Assembly: GCA_050951545.1 (NCBI GenBank)
Contig: JBMNJG010000011.1
Span: 192,247-256,246, forward strand
Reading direction: 5' to 3'
Source: Limnochordia bacterium
GTDB taxonomy: Bacteria > Bacillota > Limnochordia > DTU080
Length of the DNA: 64,000 nt
The stretch's first letter is position 1. Every line of letters starts with the position of its first letter. The notes under the pieces are model-generated. The model saw nothing but the letters and a program-made list of their open reading frames with translations, did no database searches and was not told where the DNA came from. The position numbers were made by a program, and so were the translations under genes. Shown here in pieces: positions 9,635 through 18,778 of the stretch.

Positions 9635-11411
9635 TTACGTGTCGCCTCCCTGTGGGCAATCAGGCGGTCGGTATGCATCCATCAGCTCTTGGGCGTCATG
9701 GATCCAGTATCGATAGCCTTGCTCTGTCAGGAACAGCTGGCGGTGGCCAGCAAATTCCTGCTCATTGGTATCTCGGGACACGATGGAGTAAAAATGAGCG
9801 GTAGTGTCATCCTGTTTGGGACGCAGAAGGCGTCCCAGCCTCTGTGCCTCCTCTTGTCTCGAACCGAAGGTGCCAGAGACCTGGATGGCGACTGAAGCCT
9901 CAGGCAGGTCAATGGCGAAATTCGCTACCTTGGAGACCACCAGAATAGGCTCTTCGCCAAGACGGAAAGCATCGTAGAGCTTACGCCGCTCAAGATTACT
10001 CGTCTTGCCAGTGATCACTGGGGCATCCAGAACCTGGGCAAGACTCTCGAGCTGGTCGACGTACTGACCGATGATCAGTACGTGGGCCTCACGATGGCGG
10101 CGCAAGATGGCTCGGATGACGGGCAGCTTGGCTCCTGATTCGGAGGCGATCCGGAACTTCTGACGGGCCGGAGCGGTGGCGTAGAGCATTCGCTCGCCTT
10201 GCTCCATGTCTACCCGAACCTCATGGCATATGGCCTGGGCGATCCAGCCCGCCTGTTCCAGATCCTTCCACGGCACGTCGTAACGCTTGGGGCCAACCAA
10301 GCTAAACACATCGGTCTCTAGAGCCGTCCTCGCGCACCAGCGTGGCTGTGAGGCCGAGGCGTCTGCGCGCCTGGATATCAGCGGTGGCGCGAAAGACGGG
10401 CGCTGGCAATAGGTGCACTTCATCGTAGATGATGAGGCCCCAGTCATACGAGTCAAAAAGCCGCAGATGGGGGAACTGGTCACTTTGGGTTGGGCGGTAG
10501 GTGAGGGTTTGGTAGGTGGTGACGGTGACGGGTCGCACCTGTTTTCGCTCTCCTGTGTATTCGCCTACTTTGTCGGGCGGTAGAAAGGTCTTGTCGATGA
10601 TCTCATCAATCCATTGTCGAGCTGCGGTGACTGAGGTAGTCAAAATGAGCGTAGCGGTGGCAGCCTGCGCCATCGCTGCTAGTCCGACAACGGTTTTTCC
10701 AGAGCCGCAAGGAAGAACGATCACTCCGCTACCGCCTGTGGAACCCCCTCCAGCGTAAAAGATCTCTGCGGCTTCGCGCTGGTAATCGCGCAGGGCGAAG
10801 GGATAACCAGACGCCGTGACCTCCCGCAGCGCTAACTGAAGGGCAGCTCCCTCAACGTATCCCGCGAGGTCCTCCACGGGAAACCCTAGATGAATCAGCA
10901 CCTGCTTGATTCGTCCTCGTTCGGACGGGTGTATCTTGACATGTACGAGCCAGCCGCTGAGGCCATCCTTACTGCTTAGGGGGGACACATCCGCTGTGTT
11001 GATCTGCATGCTGTCCTGGAGAAAGGGCCTTATCTCCTTGAGGTTGGCGACTTCAGTGAGAAGTGGCAAGTCGTCACTGACCAAGTAGTAGTCGTGGCTC
11101 TCGCGGATAAGCTTGATTCGGCCATAGCGACTGATGTGCTCTTTGATCTCTATCTGAAGGCTAGCAGGAAGATCGAATTTGCTGAAGCGGGCGAGTCCCG
11201 CAATGATAGCTTCCGCATGCAGGCCTGAGGCAGCTGCATTCCACAGTGAAAGAGGGGTGATTCGGTAGGTGTGGATGTGCTCCGGGCTTTTTTCGAGCTC
11301 AGCAAAACGCGCGACGCAGTCGCGCGCTTCGTTGTAGAGAGGGCTGTTCACCTCAAGCAACAGGCTGCGGTCGCTCTGTACTATAAGTGGGTTGGTGGGT
11401 ACGTAACTCAT
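9635..11411 (-). pseudogene. XPB/Rad25 (ERCC3)-type SF2 DNA helicase, reading frame interrupted by a +1 frameshift near 10316-10324
   Basis: ORF 10302-11465 encodes helicase domain 1 (VLPCGSGKT, DEVHLLPA, LGLTATLVREDG). ORF 9635-10483 encodes domain 2 (ETDVFSLVGPKRY ...). Removing one nt in GACGGCTCTAGAG restores REDG-LETDVFSLVGPKRY. N-terminus MSYVPTNPLIVQSDRSLLLEV. Confidence 0.7.
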
Positions 11412-11479
11412 GGTACTTGTGTTTCGAGGGCGAACGAGCCAACTCCTGCTTCGTGCGATGGGCAAGAGTTGCCTTGCGC

Positions 11480-12190
11480 CTATCTCGCCCTGTCAAGAGC
11501 GACATCAAAGACCATGGTGACCTCAGCGTGCACAAGGATCTGTCCTCGGTATATTGGACTAGCCAGCGGGGGAAGCGACGCTTCGCTGACAGAGGCCGCC
11601 GTTGGCAGACTTGGGTTATGCACTCGGATGGTGTTGGCGTCACGCATCTCACGCACCATGGTGACGCGGAGCCCCGCGGTGCTGCTGATTAGGTCGGCTT
11701 TCGCGATGGCATCCTCTACGGCCAATTTTAGGGCTGTTCGAGCCACGGCTTCGAGGTTAGAGAGTTCAAAGCGCACACCTTGTACCGAGGAGGCACCATG
11801 TCGTAGTCCCACATCCACCACTTGACCGACGCGATCCAGATCATGAATACGGACATCCAGACCAGAACTCACTTTGTAACTCTTCTCTCGGCTGCCTAGG
11901 CCAGTGGTCTCCCAGAAAGAGGCCTGGCGCACCTCAAAGCTGAGCCCAGGCAAGTCCTCTGCGGCGAGCGCGTCTGTAATCCGCTCAAGTATCATCTGGT
12001 TTTGCTGCTGCGCTGCCCCTCCTTCCTTGGCAGAGCTCTCTATGGCCAAAGAAATGACTGCCATATCCGCTGTGCAAACAACAAATCCAGACCCTACGCT
12101 GACCAGTGATTGCGCCTCCATGAGCGCGGCAGATGCACCTGGTGCAGCGAAAACAAAAAGAAGCAACAGAAATGGGATGAGCCTTCTCAC
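11480..12190 (-). CDS. SIMPL domain (DUF541) secreted/periplasmic protein
   Basis: Signal peptide MRRLIPFLLLLFVFAAPGASA; family-like core SFEVRQASFWETT ... RFELSNLEAVARTALKLAVEDA. Confidence 0.7.
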   Translation of the reverse strand: MRRLIPFLLLLFVFAAPGASAALMEAQSLVSVGSGFVVCTADMAVISLAIESSAKEGGAAQQQNQMILERITDALAAEDLPGLSFEVRQASFWETTGLGSREKSYKVSSGLDVRIHDLDRVGQVVDVGLRHGASSVQGVRFELSNLEAVARTALKLAVEDAIAKADLISSTAGLRVTMVREMRDANTIRVHNPSLPTAASVSEASLPPLASPIYRGQILVHAEVTMVFDVALDRAR

Positions 12191-12206
12191 AGGTTACTCA
12201 CCGACT

Positions 12207-13718
12207 TTACATCCTGGTGTTTCGGCACGCAGGACAATGATCTTCAGCGACCCAAGGGGCGCTAAGTGAAAGCTCTAGGGGATCAGATCCCACAGTATGC
12301 CACAGAGTCACGCACTGTCTAGTGAGACGCGCTTCGAGGGCGCGTATCCGGTTGGTCTGCTGGGCCACAGCTAGCTCCTTCGCTGCCACGTCGTGCTGAA
12401 GGCCCAGTCCGCGTTCAAGACGTTCCTGAACTACGGTGAGCAGTAGCGTATCTTGTTCCAGCTGCTCATAGGCTTGGCGCAGGGATCGCTCGCTTTCTGC
12501 GATATCGTAGAGGACTCCGTGAACTGCGCGGTCTATAGCGCATTCGAGCTCCCTGAGGGCTCTGTTGGCTTGTTCGAGACTAAGCTGTGCAGAAACGACC
12601 TCCTCTGCACGAACGCCATCCGAAAGGAAGAATGTGGCTTGGACGCCAGCCTGTATCTGTGTACGGAGGTCAGTGCTGGTCTCCGTCACCTTATGAGGCC
12701 AGGTCGCACCAGCGGTGAAGGAGATCTCTCTTTTTGCCTGCAATTGCGCTCTAACTAATGCTTCCTTGGCCAGGGATACCGCCCGATGAGCGCTATGCAT
12801 GTCGCTTCTTTGCGACAAGGCGATGGCCACCCAGGCCTCTGGGGTGGCGGCGACCTCAGGCAGGTCAGCGTGCAGCAAGACCTGCTCAGTAGAGTCGGAG
12901 TTAAGGCCAAGGGTATCTTGGCCAGTCAGCTCCCGAAGAGCGTCGCGGCTCTCTGCCACCCGCCTTCGTGCCTCAGCTTCGGCATCCAGGCTGGCGGCTA
13001 GTGATGAACGCAGTTGGTAGAGCTCCGCAGCAGAGACGGTTCCGCGCTGCTCTCGCTCGAGAGCCACGGAGTACTGCTCCTCTGTGAGCTGCAGCAGGCG
13101 TGAGGCCAAGAGAAGCCCCTGTTCTGCCTGAATCAGTTGGTCGTAGACCTGCATGGCCCGGATGATAAGCTTACGCTGGTCCGCTAGATAGGCATCTTGG
13201 GCTTCGCTGAGCCCCTGTGTCGCTATCTTGTGGCGACCATCCGGACCAGATAGCAAAGGGACTTGAACGGAAAGGGAGGCTTGGGCCCCCACAGGTTGCG
13301 CATAGCCTGTGCGGACGGCGGCTCCGAGACTGATGTCGGTGTGGCCTTGTCCAGTGGGGATCGACCAGGTGATGCTGGGACCCGCCATGACGCCCGCGTC
13401 GATTTTGTCGCCAAAAGGCGAGGCAGCTCTGCTGTGGATAGAGGCTCGAATTTGGGGCTGCAGAGCTGCCAAGGCCGCCCTGCAAGTTGATGCTGCGCCA
13501 GCGTAGACAATGGCTGCCTTCTCGTGTTGAGGTCCAGACAGGGTCTTGTTTATTACCTCAAGCAGTGCCAGGGGCACCGAGACTTGATCGAGTCTGCTGT
13601 TTCCTGCTAGTCGCGTGTTGGCCTCGGCTCCCGCACAACAGCTACTGAATACCAGCGCGAATCCGATACTCATGACAACCACCTGTGGGAAAAAGCGACG
13701 TTTACCCAACCAGAACAT
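12207..13718 (-). CDS. TolC/OprM-family outer membrane efflux protein, possible lipoprotein
   Basis: Signal peptide with FSSC lipobox-like Cys. Long coiled-coil Ala/Leu/Gln/Arg-rich repeats typical of the OEP family. Confidence 0.75.
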   Translation of the reverse strand: MFWLGKRRFFPQVVVMSIGFALVFSSCCAGAEANTRLAGNSRLDQVSVPLALLEVINKTLSGPQHEKAAIVYAGAASTCRAALAALQPQIRASIHSRAASPFGDKIDAGVMAGPSITWSIPTGQGHTDISLGAAVRTGYAQPVGAQASLSVQVPLLSGPDGRHKIATQGLSEAQDAYLADQRKLIIRAMQVYDQLIQAEQGLLLASRLLQLTEEQYSVALEREQRGTVSAAELYQLRSSLAASLDAEAEARRRVAESRDALRELTGQDTLGLNSDSTEQVLLHADLPEVAATPEAWVAIALSQRSDMHSAHRAVSLAKEALVRAQLQAKREISFTAGATWPHKVTETSTDLRTQIQAGVQATFFLSDGVRAEEVVSAQLSLEQANRALRELECAIDRAVHGVLYDIAESERSLRQAYEQLEQDTLLLTVVQERLERGLGLQHDVAAKELAVAQQTNRIRALEARLTRQCVTLWHTVGSDPLELSLSAPWVAEDHCPACRNTRM

Positions 13719-13727
13719 GGGAGACCT

Positions 13728-14834
13728 CTACTTTTCTGGCGTGGGCAGTGTATTGGCCCCTATGGTGTTTAGGTAGCGCGTGACTGCCAAAGCCTGATCA
13801 TACAGTGCTTGCACTGCTTGGACCTCAGCTACGTTGGCTGCTGTCTGGGCGTCCATCAACTCCGCAGCCGTGATAAGACCGCTATCATGGCGCAGCACGG
13901 CAACCTGAAGGAGTTTCTGCTGGTGCTCGAAGGCCTCAGCAGCGAGGTCAGCGTGGATACGGGCCATCTCCAGCTTCAAGATGGCATCGCGTGCCTCGAG
14001 GACTACCCGCGCACTTACCTGATCGAGAGCGATCTGGGCCTTCTCTGCAGCCATCTCCAAACGCTGAATCTGTGCTTTTGAGGTATAGCTTGGGTCTGCG
14101 GCAACCCGGTTGCGCTGCGCAAGCTCGAGGGCCCGTTTGAGTACCTGGACATCGAGGCGACTTGCTAGAGCGGTCGCTGTGTCTGACTCTAGATCCGAGG
14201 AGGGGATTTCGCTGTTCACACTGTCGATCAGCTCGAACTCTGCTCGCAAATCACGCGAGAGCAGCAGATTGAAGCTGATGCGCTCGGACTCGAGACTGGC
14301 TTCGCTTTGACGCTGAGTGATCTGGGCATGGCGCAGGCTGTTTTCGGCGAGGTAAAGATCGGTGTCCGTGGCGAGCCCAGCCGAGAGCCTCTCGCGCACC
14401 AGGGCAAGCTGACGCTCTGCTTGCTCAACGGCGGCGTGCGCCAAGAGCAAGGTGTGTTGAGCTTTGAGGACGCTTATGTAGCGTTCGCGAGCGATTTGCA
14501 TCTGCGCTTGCCGAGTAAGCTGTGCTTCGGCTCGAGCAGCATCTAGCGCTGCTTGCGCATCCTCAAGCTGCTGAGGAGTCACGGTGATTCGCAGATTGAC
14601 TTGCGCCGATCTCAGATTGAGTTCGGCTTCCTCTACTGCTAGATCGCTAACGATGATGCTAGGGTTGGCCTGTAGTGCCATCTCTAGTGTCTGTTCAAGA
14701 GAGAGCCGGGGGACACTTACGTCGGCCTGATCGGTGGTCGTCTGCTCCTTTGCTCCAGCGATGGGCGACGGGGCGAGAACCGCGACAAGCAGCAGGAACC
14801 CAATAAGCAATGCCGTTTGTTTAGATGGGCGCAC
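13728..14834 (-). CDS. TolC-family outer membrane efflux protein (short, 368 aa)
   Basis: Signal peptide; OEP-type coiled-coil repeats (LSLEQTLEMALQANPS, DLYLAENSLRHAQ). Confidence 0.7.
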   Translation of the reverse strand: MRPSKQTALLIGFLLLVAVLAPSPIAGAKEQTTTDQADVSVPRLSLEQTLEMALQANPSIIVSDLAVEEAELNLRSAQVNLRITVTPQQLEDAQAALDAARAEAQLTRQAQMQIARERYISVLKAQHTLLLAHAAVEQAERQLALVRERLSAGLATDTDLYLAENSLRHAQITQRQSEASLESERISFNLLLSRDLRAEFELIDSVNSEIPSSDLESDTATALASRLDVQVLKRALELAQRNRVAADPSYTSKAQIQRLEMAAEKAQIALDQVSARVVLEARDAILKLEMARIHADLAAEAFEHQQKLLQVAVLRHDSGLITAAELMDAQTAANVAEVQAVQALYDQALAVTRYLNTIGANTLPTPEK

Positions 14835-15120
14835 GCTATTCCCTCCGAAGTCCTGAAGTGATCATGAAATGGAATTTCTGGATGAGCAAGGTATTTCCTG
14901 CGTACAGGGTGCACTTTCCCTCTTGGTACCAGCGACGAGCTTGGATCGGGTCATGAGAGCTGGCAATTCGGCGAATAAGCGAGCCCTGGCACAGAGATCT
15001 CCCTTCCACACCGCTTCAGAGACCTGCCGACCGCTGTAGGGAGCTCTTGCCTTGACGGGGGAAGACTGCTAGGGTTGTGGTGGTGCAGCCAGCCTTGAGG
15101 GAACAAGGAGGAAACCATAG

Positions 15121-15546
15121 ATGCACAAGTCGTATATGGTGTACCTGCTGGCAGTACTCATGGCTTTGGCCACGTTAAGTCCTGCGTATGCTATGCCTGG
15201 TTATCTGGGGTGTTATGGCACGCCGTTATCTGAAGACGAGTTAGCCGAGGCAGACGGCGAGTGGAGCCTCATTTTCGGCGGCGCTGTTGCGGGTGCAGTA
15301 ACGGGGGCGTTTTCCTACGCTACTGGTGCGGAAGAACACAGTCTCTCAGGCCTGGCAACGGCCGTGGCCGAAGGGGCTGCGTGGGGGGCAGTGACCGGGG
15401 CGTTCACTACGGTAAAGGCGGTCGCTACTGGTGCTAGCCTAGCGGCCACAGCGGCTGATACTGCTGTGGCTTGCTTTACCGGAGCCAATATCGGTGCGCT
15501 TAAGGGGGCAGTGTCTCAGATTATCCGCCACTGGAACGATCACTGA
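15121..15546 (+). CDS. Secreted glycine-zipper protein with internal GAVTGAF repeat
   Basis: Strong RBS AAGGAGGA; Sec signal peptide (ALATLSPAYA). Gly/Ala-rich mature region carrying GAVAGAVTGAFSYATGA and GAAWGAVTGAFTTVKAVATGA. Confidence 0.5.
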   Translation: MHKSYMVYLLAVLMALATLSPAYAMPGYLGCYGTPLSEDELAEADGEWSLIFGGAVAGAVTGAFSYATGAEEHSLSGLATAVAEGAAWGAVTGAFTTVKAVATGASLAATAADTAVACFTGANIGALKGAVSQIIRHWNDH

Positions 15547-15767
15547 TGAGTGCAAGAGAGTTCCTAGGTTCCGAGGCATTTTTCCCCTATCTGTGGGCGA
15601 CATCGATGACAGTAACGTTCAACATAGTTAGCGGAAGAAAAAGGCCTTTCACGAGTCTTGGCCAGCGACTGCGTGTAAGTCTATTCTGGTTCTGTACGAG
15701 CTGGCTAATCGGGAGGTTCTGCGTCAAGCCGACCGATCCGTGGCTACCGCGACTGTTGAGGCAGTAA
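15546..15767 (+). CDS. Hypothetical small protein, ATGA-overlapped with the upstream gene
   Basis: Start overlaps the previous stop (TGATG); odd composition, so possibly spurious. Confidence 0.2.
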   Translation: MSAREFLGSEAFFPYLWATSMTVTFNIVSGRKRPFTSLGQRLRVSLFWFCTSWLIGRFCVKPTDPWLPRLLRQ

Positions 15768-15809
15768 GGGAAGCTTGGTACAGGTCGCCAGTGTAAACTG
15801 GCACCACGT

Positions 15810-15837
15810 GGCGGTGACCGTGTAAGCGGTCACCGCC
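15810..15837. terminator. GC-rich hairpin between convergent plus-strand and minus-strand (ArsR) transcription units; candidate bidirectional terminator
   Basis: GGCGGTGACCG-tgtaag-CGGTCACCGCC, an 11-bp perfect stem; weak T tract on the plus side. Confidence 0.4.
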
Positions 15838-15855
15838 ACGCCTGCTTTCTGGGGC

Positions 15856-16227
15856 TCACTTGCGACGCTCGGGTCGAACCTCCACTTTCTTCAGTATAGA
15901 GACGAACTCTTGATCCCGCTTGAGGCTATCAAGCAGCACTTCCCCAAGTATCTCGCATGCGTCTAGCACTTTTGGGCTACTGAGGCGGTAATACACACTA
16001 GGTCCTTCTCGGCGCGTCTGCACCAAGCGCCTCTGACGCAGAACACCTAAGTGCTGAGACAAGTTAGATTTGGCCATCTCCATAAGCTGAGACAGCTCGT
16101 CTACCGACTTCTCTCCGTCCCGCAGGTGGTAGACGATCTCGAGACGCTTGGAGTTGGATAAGGCTTTACATATTTCAGCATGCAGCTCGAATAGACGACG
16201 CCGTTCGGCATCAATCATTGCGCTCAC
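15856..16227 (-). CDS. ArsR/SmtB family transcriptional regulator
   Basis: ELHAEICKALSNSKRLEIVYHL ... SVDELSQLMEMAKSNLSQHL is a winged HTH of ArsR type. Confidence 0.85.
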   Translation of the reverse strand: MSAMIDAERRRLFELHAEICKALSNSKRLEIVYHLRDGEKSVDELSQLMEMAKSNLSQHLGVLRQRRLVQTRREGPSVYYRLSSPKVLDACEILGEVLLDSLKRDQEFVSILKKVEVRPERRK

Positions 16228-16246
16228 CTCCCGGCTCGCAAGGCGC

Positions 16247-17371
16247 TCACCGTCTACACCGCAGGTAGTCGTCTTTCGCCTCCAGTGTGGAGTAGTCGCC
16301 CAAGGGGAAGGTGACAGGTTCGCCTAAGGCAGCTGATTTGTAGATGGCTAGGATCATCTCAACCGCCCTGAATCCCGCTTCAGCATCTACATAGGGCTTG
16401 CCTCCCGTACGTACCGCGTCGGCGAAATCCTTGTAGAGAGGGGAGTGGCCCTTGCCATACACCGAATCGACCTTTTGCGAGGCTCCATCTGTCTCTGTAC
16501 AAGAGTTGCTCTGGGCAGTGACCAGCTTCTCCACCTTGTTCACTGCAACGCCGCCCAGGCAACAGGTGCCCGTTGAGCCAAAGATGTTCAGTGTCTCTTC
16601 GAGGTTTGTAGGATAGATGCATGTGGTGCCTTCGATGATACCCATGGCACCGTCACGAAAGCGGACGACTGCCAGAGCCGTGTCCTCAGCCTCTATGGAG
16701 CGGAGGAAGGTGTCTGTCTCTGCATAGACCCGCTCCGCATCGCCGAGCATCCACAGCAGAAGGTCAATACCGTGAATGGACTGGTTCATGAGGCAGCCTC
16801 CGTCTTGCGCGTAGGTACCTCGCCAGTCGTCCGCACGGTAGTAGCTATCATCGCGGCTCCAGCGAACGTTGATAGTGCCATACAGCAGTCGGCCCATTTC
16901 GCCTGCTTCCAGCCTGCGACGCAACAGCTGTACGGGAGGGTTGAAGCGATTCTGGTGGCATAGGCCCAGCCTCAGATTGCGGGCCTCGGCGACTGCCTTC
17001 ATACGCCGCGCATCCCTTGTGTCTAGGGCCATCGGCTTTTCCACCAGAACATGCTTACCAGCCTCGAGTGCATCTAAGGCGATTCTGGCGTGTGACCCGC
17101 TATCCGTTGCGATGGCCACAATATCGATAGAGGGGTTGTCGAGCAGGCGACGGTAGTCTTGAACCACCCCGACAGGCTCTGGTGCCACGTCAGTGGCGCT
17201 CTGCGATAGTTTCTGCAGGTATCGGTGACGCAGGGCCTCGGCCTTATCTTGGTTGATGTCACACGTAGAAACAAGACGTAGGTCGCGGTGATGGTCGGCG
17301 AGAGCTGAGACATGGTTAGGTGCGACACGGCCGCAGCCAATAAGCGCTACGCCAAGTCGGCGATTAGACAA
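16247..17371 (-). CDS. Gfo/Idh/MocA family NAD(P)-dependent oxidoreductase
   Basis: LGVALIGCGRVAPNHV Rossmann N-terminus; EKPMA motif. Start moved to TTG ending at 17371, 8 nt after AAGGAGAG; the ORF track extends to 17455. Confidence 0.85.
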   Translation of the reverse strand: MSNRRLGVALIGCGRVAPNHVSALADHHRDLRLVSTCDINQDKAEALRHRYLQKLSQSATDVAPEPVGVVQDYRRLLDNPSIDIVAIATDSGSHARIALDALEAGKHVLVEKPMALDTRDARRMKAVAEARNLRLGLCHQNRFNPPVQLLRRRLEAGEMGRLLYGTINVRWSRDDSYYRADDWRGTYAQDGGCLMNQSIHGIDLLLWMLGDAERVYAETDTFLRSIEAEDTALAVVRFRDGAMGIIEGTTCIYPTNLEETLNIFGSTGTCCLGGVAVNKVEKLVTAQSNSCTETDGASQKVDSVYGKGHSPLYKDFADAVRTGGKPYVDAEAGFRAVEMILAIYKSAALGEPVTFPLGDYSTLEAKDDYLRCRR

Positions 17372-17536
17372 GTGCGGTACTCTCCTTTCGGTAGCTCGTG
17401 CTGTGTGTTCCCCTTGATTAGTTAATAAACTTAACTGACTGCATTCGGCATGCAAGTGACTCTCACAGGTTTGACACGCGGAGGTGTTCTCCTGCTAGAG
17501 ATGGGACAGACTAGAGGTGGAATACCTGGGAGTCCT

Positions 17537-17576
17537 GGTCTGTGGGTGGCTCACCATGGTGAGCCACCCACAGACC
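17537..17576. repeat. Perfect 40-bp palindrome GGTCTGTGGGTGGCTCACCA|TGGTGAGCCACCCACAGACC in a divergent intergenic region
   Basis: The 20-nt half-sites are exact reverse complements with no spacer (centre CCATGG). Read directly from the sequence. Confidence 0.9.
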
Positions 17577-17615
17577 ACGAGTGAAGCGGACGAACTTAAG
17601 GAAGGAGCCTTACGT

Positions 17616-17831
17616 GTGGATACCTACCCTTTCGCCGACTTAGACCAATCTGATCTCGAAGAGGTACGGAAGCTTGAGTCGAGGCTTACACAGAAACGGC
17701 GTCGTGAAGTCATACTCATCGCCTACTGTACGGAGCAGGAACGGAGAGACGGTTCCCTGGAATCCTACTATTCGGATCCCACCGCATATGGTGCTTTGGC
17801 GACCGCCCAAGAGAGTGGTCTGCGGACTTAG
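17616..17831 (+). CDS. Hypothetical small acidic/basic protein (71 aa)
   Basis: GTG 8 nt after AAGGAAGGAG, immediately downstream of the palindrome. The ORF track version (from 17517) would read through the palindrome. Confidence 0.3.
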   Translation: MDTYPFADLDQSDLEEVRKLESRLTQKRRREVILIAYCTEQERRDGSLESYYSDPTAYGALATAQESGLRT

Positions 17832-17843
17832 GGAGATGGTGCA

Positions 17844-18749
17844 TTAGGGATCATTTCCCTTGAGCTTCCTTGCCAAGCGACGGATGTCATCGTCACTCAC
17901 CTGATCAAGCCAGGCCTCCAGAGGGTTATTCTCTGGCATGGCCTGGCATTTGCTTTTGCGTGGAGCAGACACCTTGGGCCTGATGGCGCCGTTACGCTTA
18001 GGCGAAGGGTTGATGGAGCCATTGGGGCGCGGCAGCTGGCGCAGCTTGTCCAGTATGTCTGGAGAGAGATGATCAGAGACAGTTGCGGTCGCGTTCGTAT
18101 CTGTAAGGCGTTCGGGCGATGGGGTGGCTGGTTGCTGTCGGGGCTTGCGGCGTCGCCGCCTATCTCGGCGAGTCCGAGCGGCGCGTAGGGGCGACTCCTG
18201 GATATCAACGGCAGGCTTTGGTACGGCTGGTTTGCTGCCCATCTCCTGTGTGAGTCCGCGCTGTAGCAGCCAGCTCTTGACGGTTTCGGGTTCGGAGGTG
18301 ACCACGAAGACTTCCTGAATACTGGATGGGCTGCGCGCCAGGAGTTTCAGCCCGCTAGTGGTGAAGTATTGCACAGTGATGTTGCGATCACCAGCACGAC
18401 GGTTCGCACTAATGCGTCCCGGGTTGATCTGGGCTATAGCCGGGTGCTCAGCCATGGCCTCGAGGACTGGCAAGAGCCCCTCAATGATGCTGTGCATGCG
18501 TTTCACCTTGTTGGTGCGATAGCGCGGTTCTGCCAAGACGACGCTCCCATAGGAAACCTGTTTCAGATATTGTAACCGATTGCGCTTGGATTGCACAAAC
18601 TGATGCAGGCGTCGTCTCTCAGTGCTTGCCCTCGTGCACTGGCACTGGTGGGAAAAAAGGATGTCCAGGGCCAGGCGCCGAAATACCTTCCCGCCGACCG
18701 CACCTGGGCGCCCGTCCGGCCACGCACTACGAAGATGAAGGGCGCTCAT
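17844..18749 (-). CDS. DUF72 (YecE)-like protein with Arg/Pro-rich disordered C-terminal tail
   Basis: N-terminus LHLRSAWPDGRPGAVGGKVF resembles the DUF72 start (IGTSGWSYPDWKGVFYP); tail RTRRDRRRRRKPRQQPATPSPER. Start taken at internal Met (MSALHL). Confidence 0.4.
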   Translation of the reverse strand: MSALHLRSAWPDGRPGAVGGKVFRRLALDILFSHQCQCTRASTERRRLHQFVQSKRNRLQYLKQVSYGSVVLAEPRYRTNKVKRMHSIIEGLLPVLEAMAEHPAIAQINPGRISANRRAGDRNITVQYFTTSGLKLLARSPSSIQEVFVVTSEPETVKSWLLQRGLTQEMGSKPAVPKPAVDIQESPLRAARTRRDRRRRRKPRQQPATPSPERLTDTNATATVSDHLSPDILDKLRQLPRPNGSINPSPKRNGAIRPKVSAPRKSKCQAMPENNPLEAWLDQVSDDDIRRLARKLKGNDP

Positions 18750-18778
18750 GTCGATGACGAAACGTAGAAGCCCATGAC

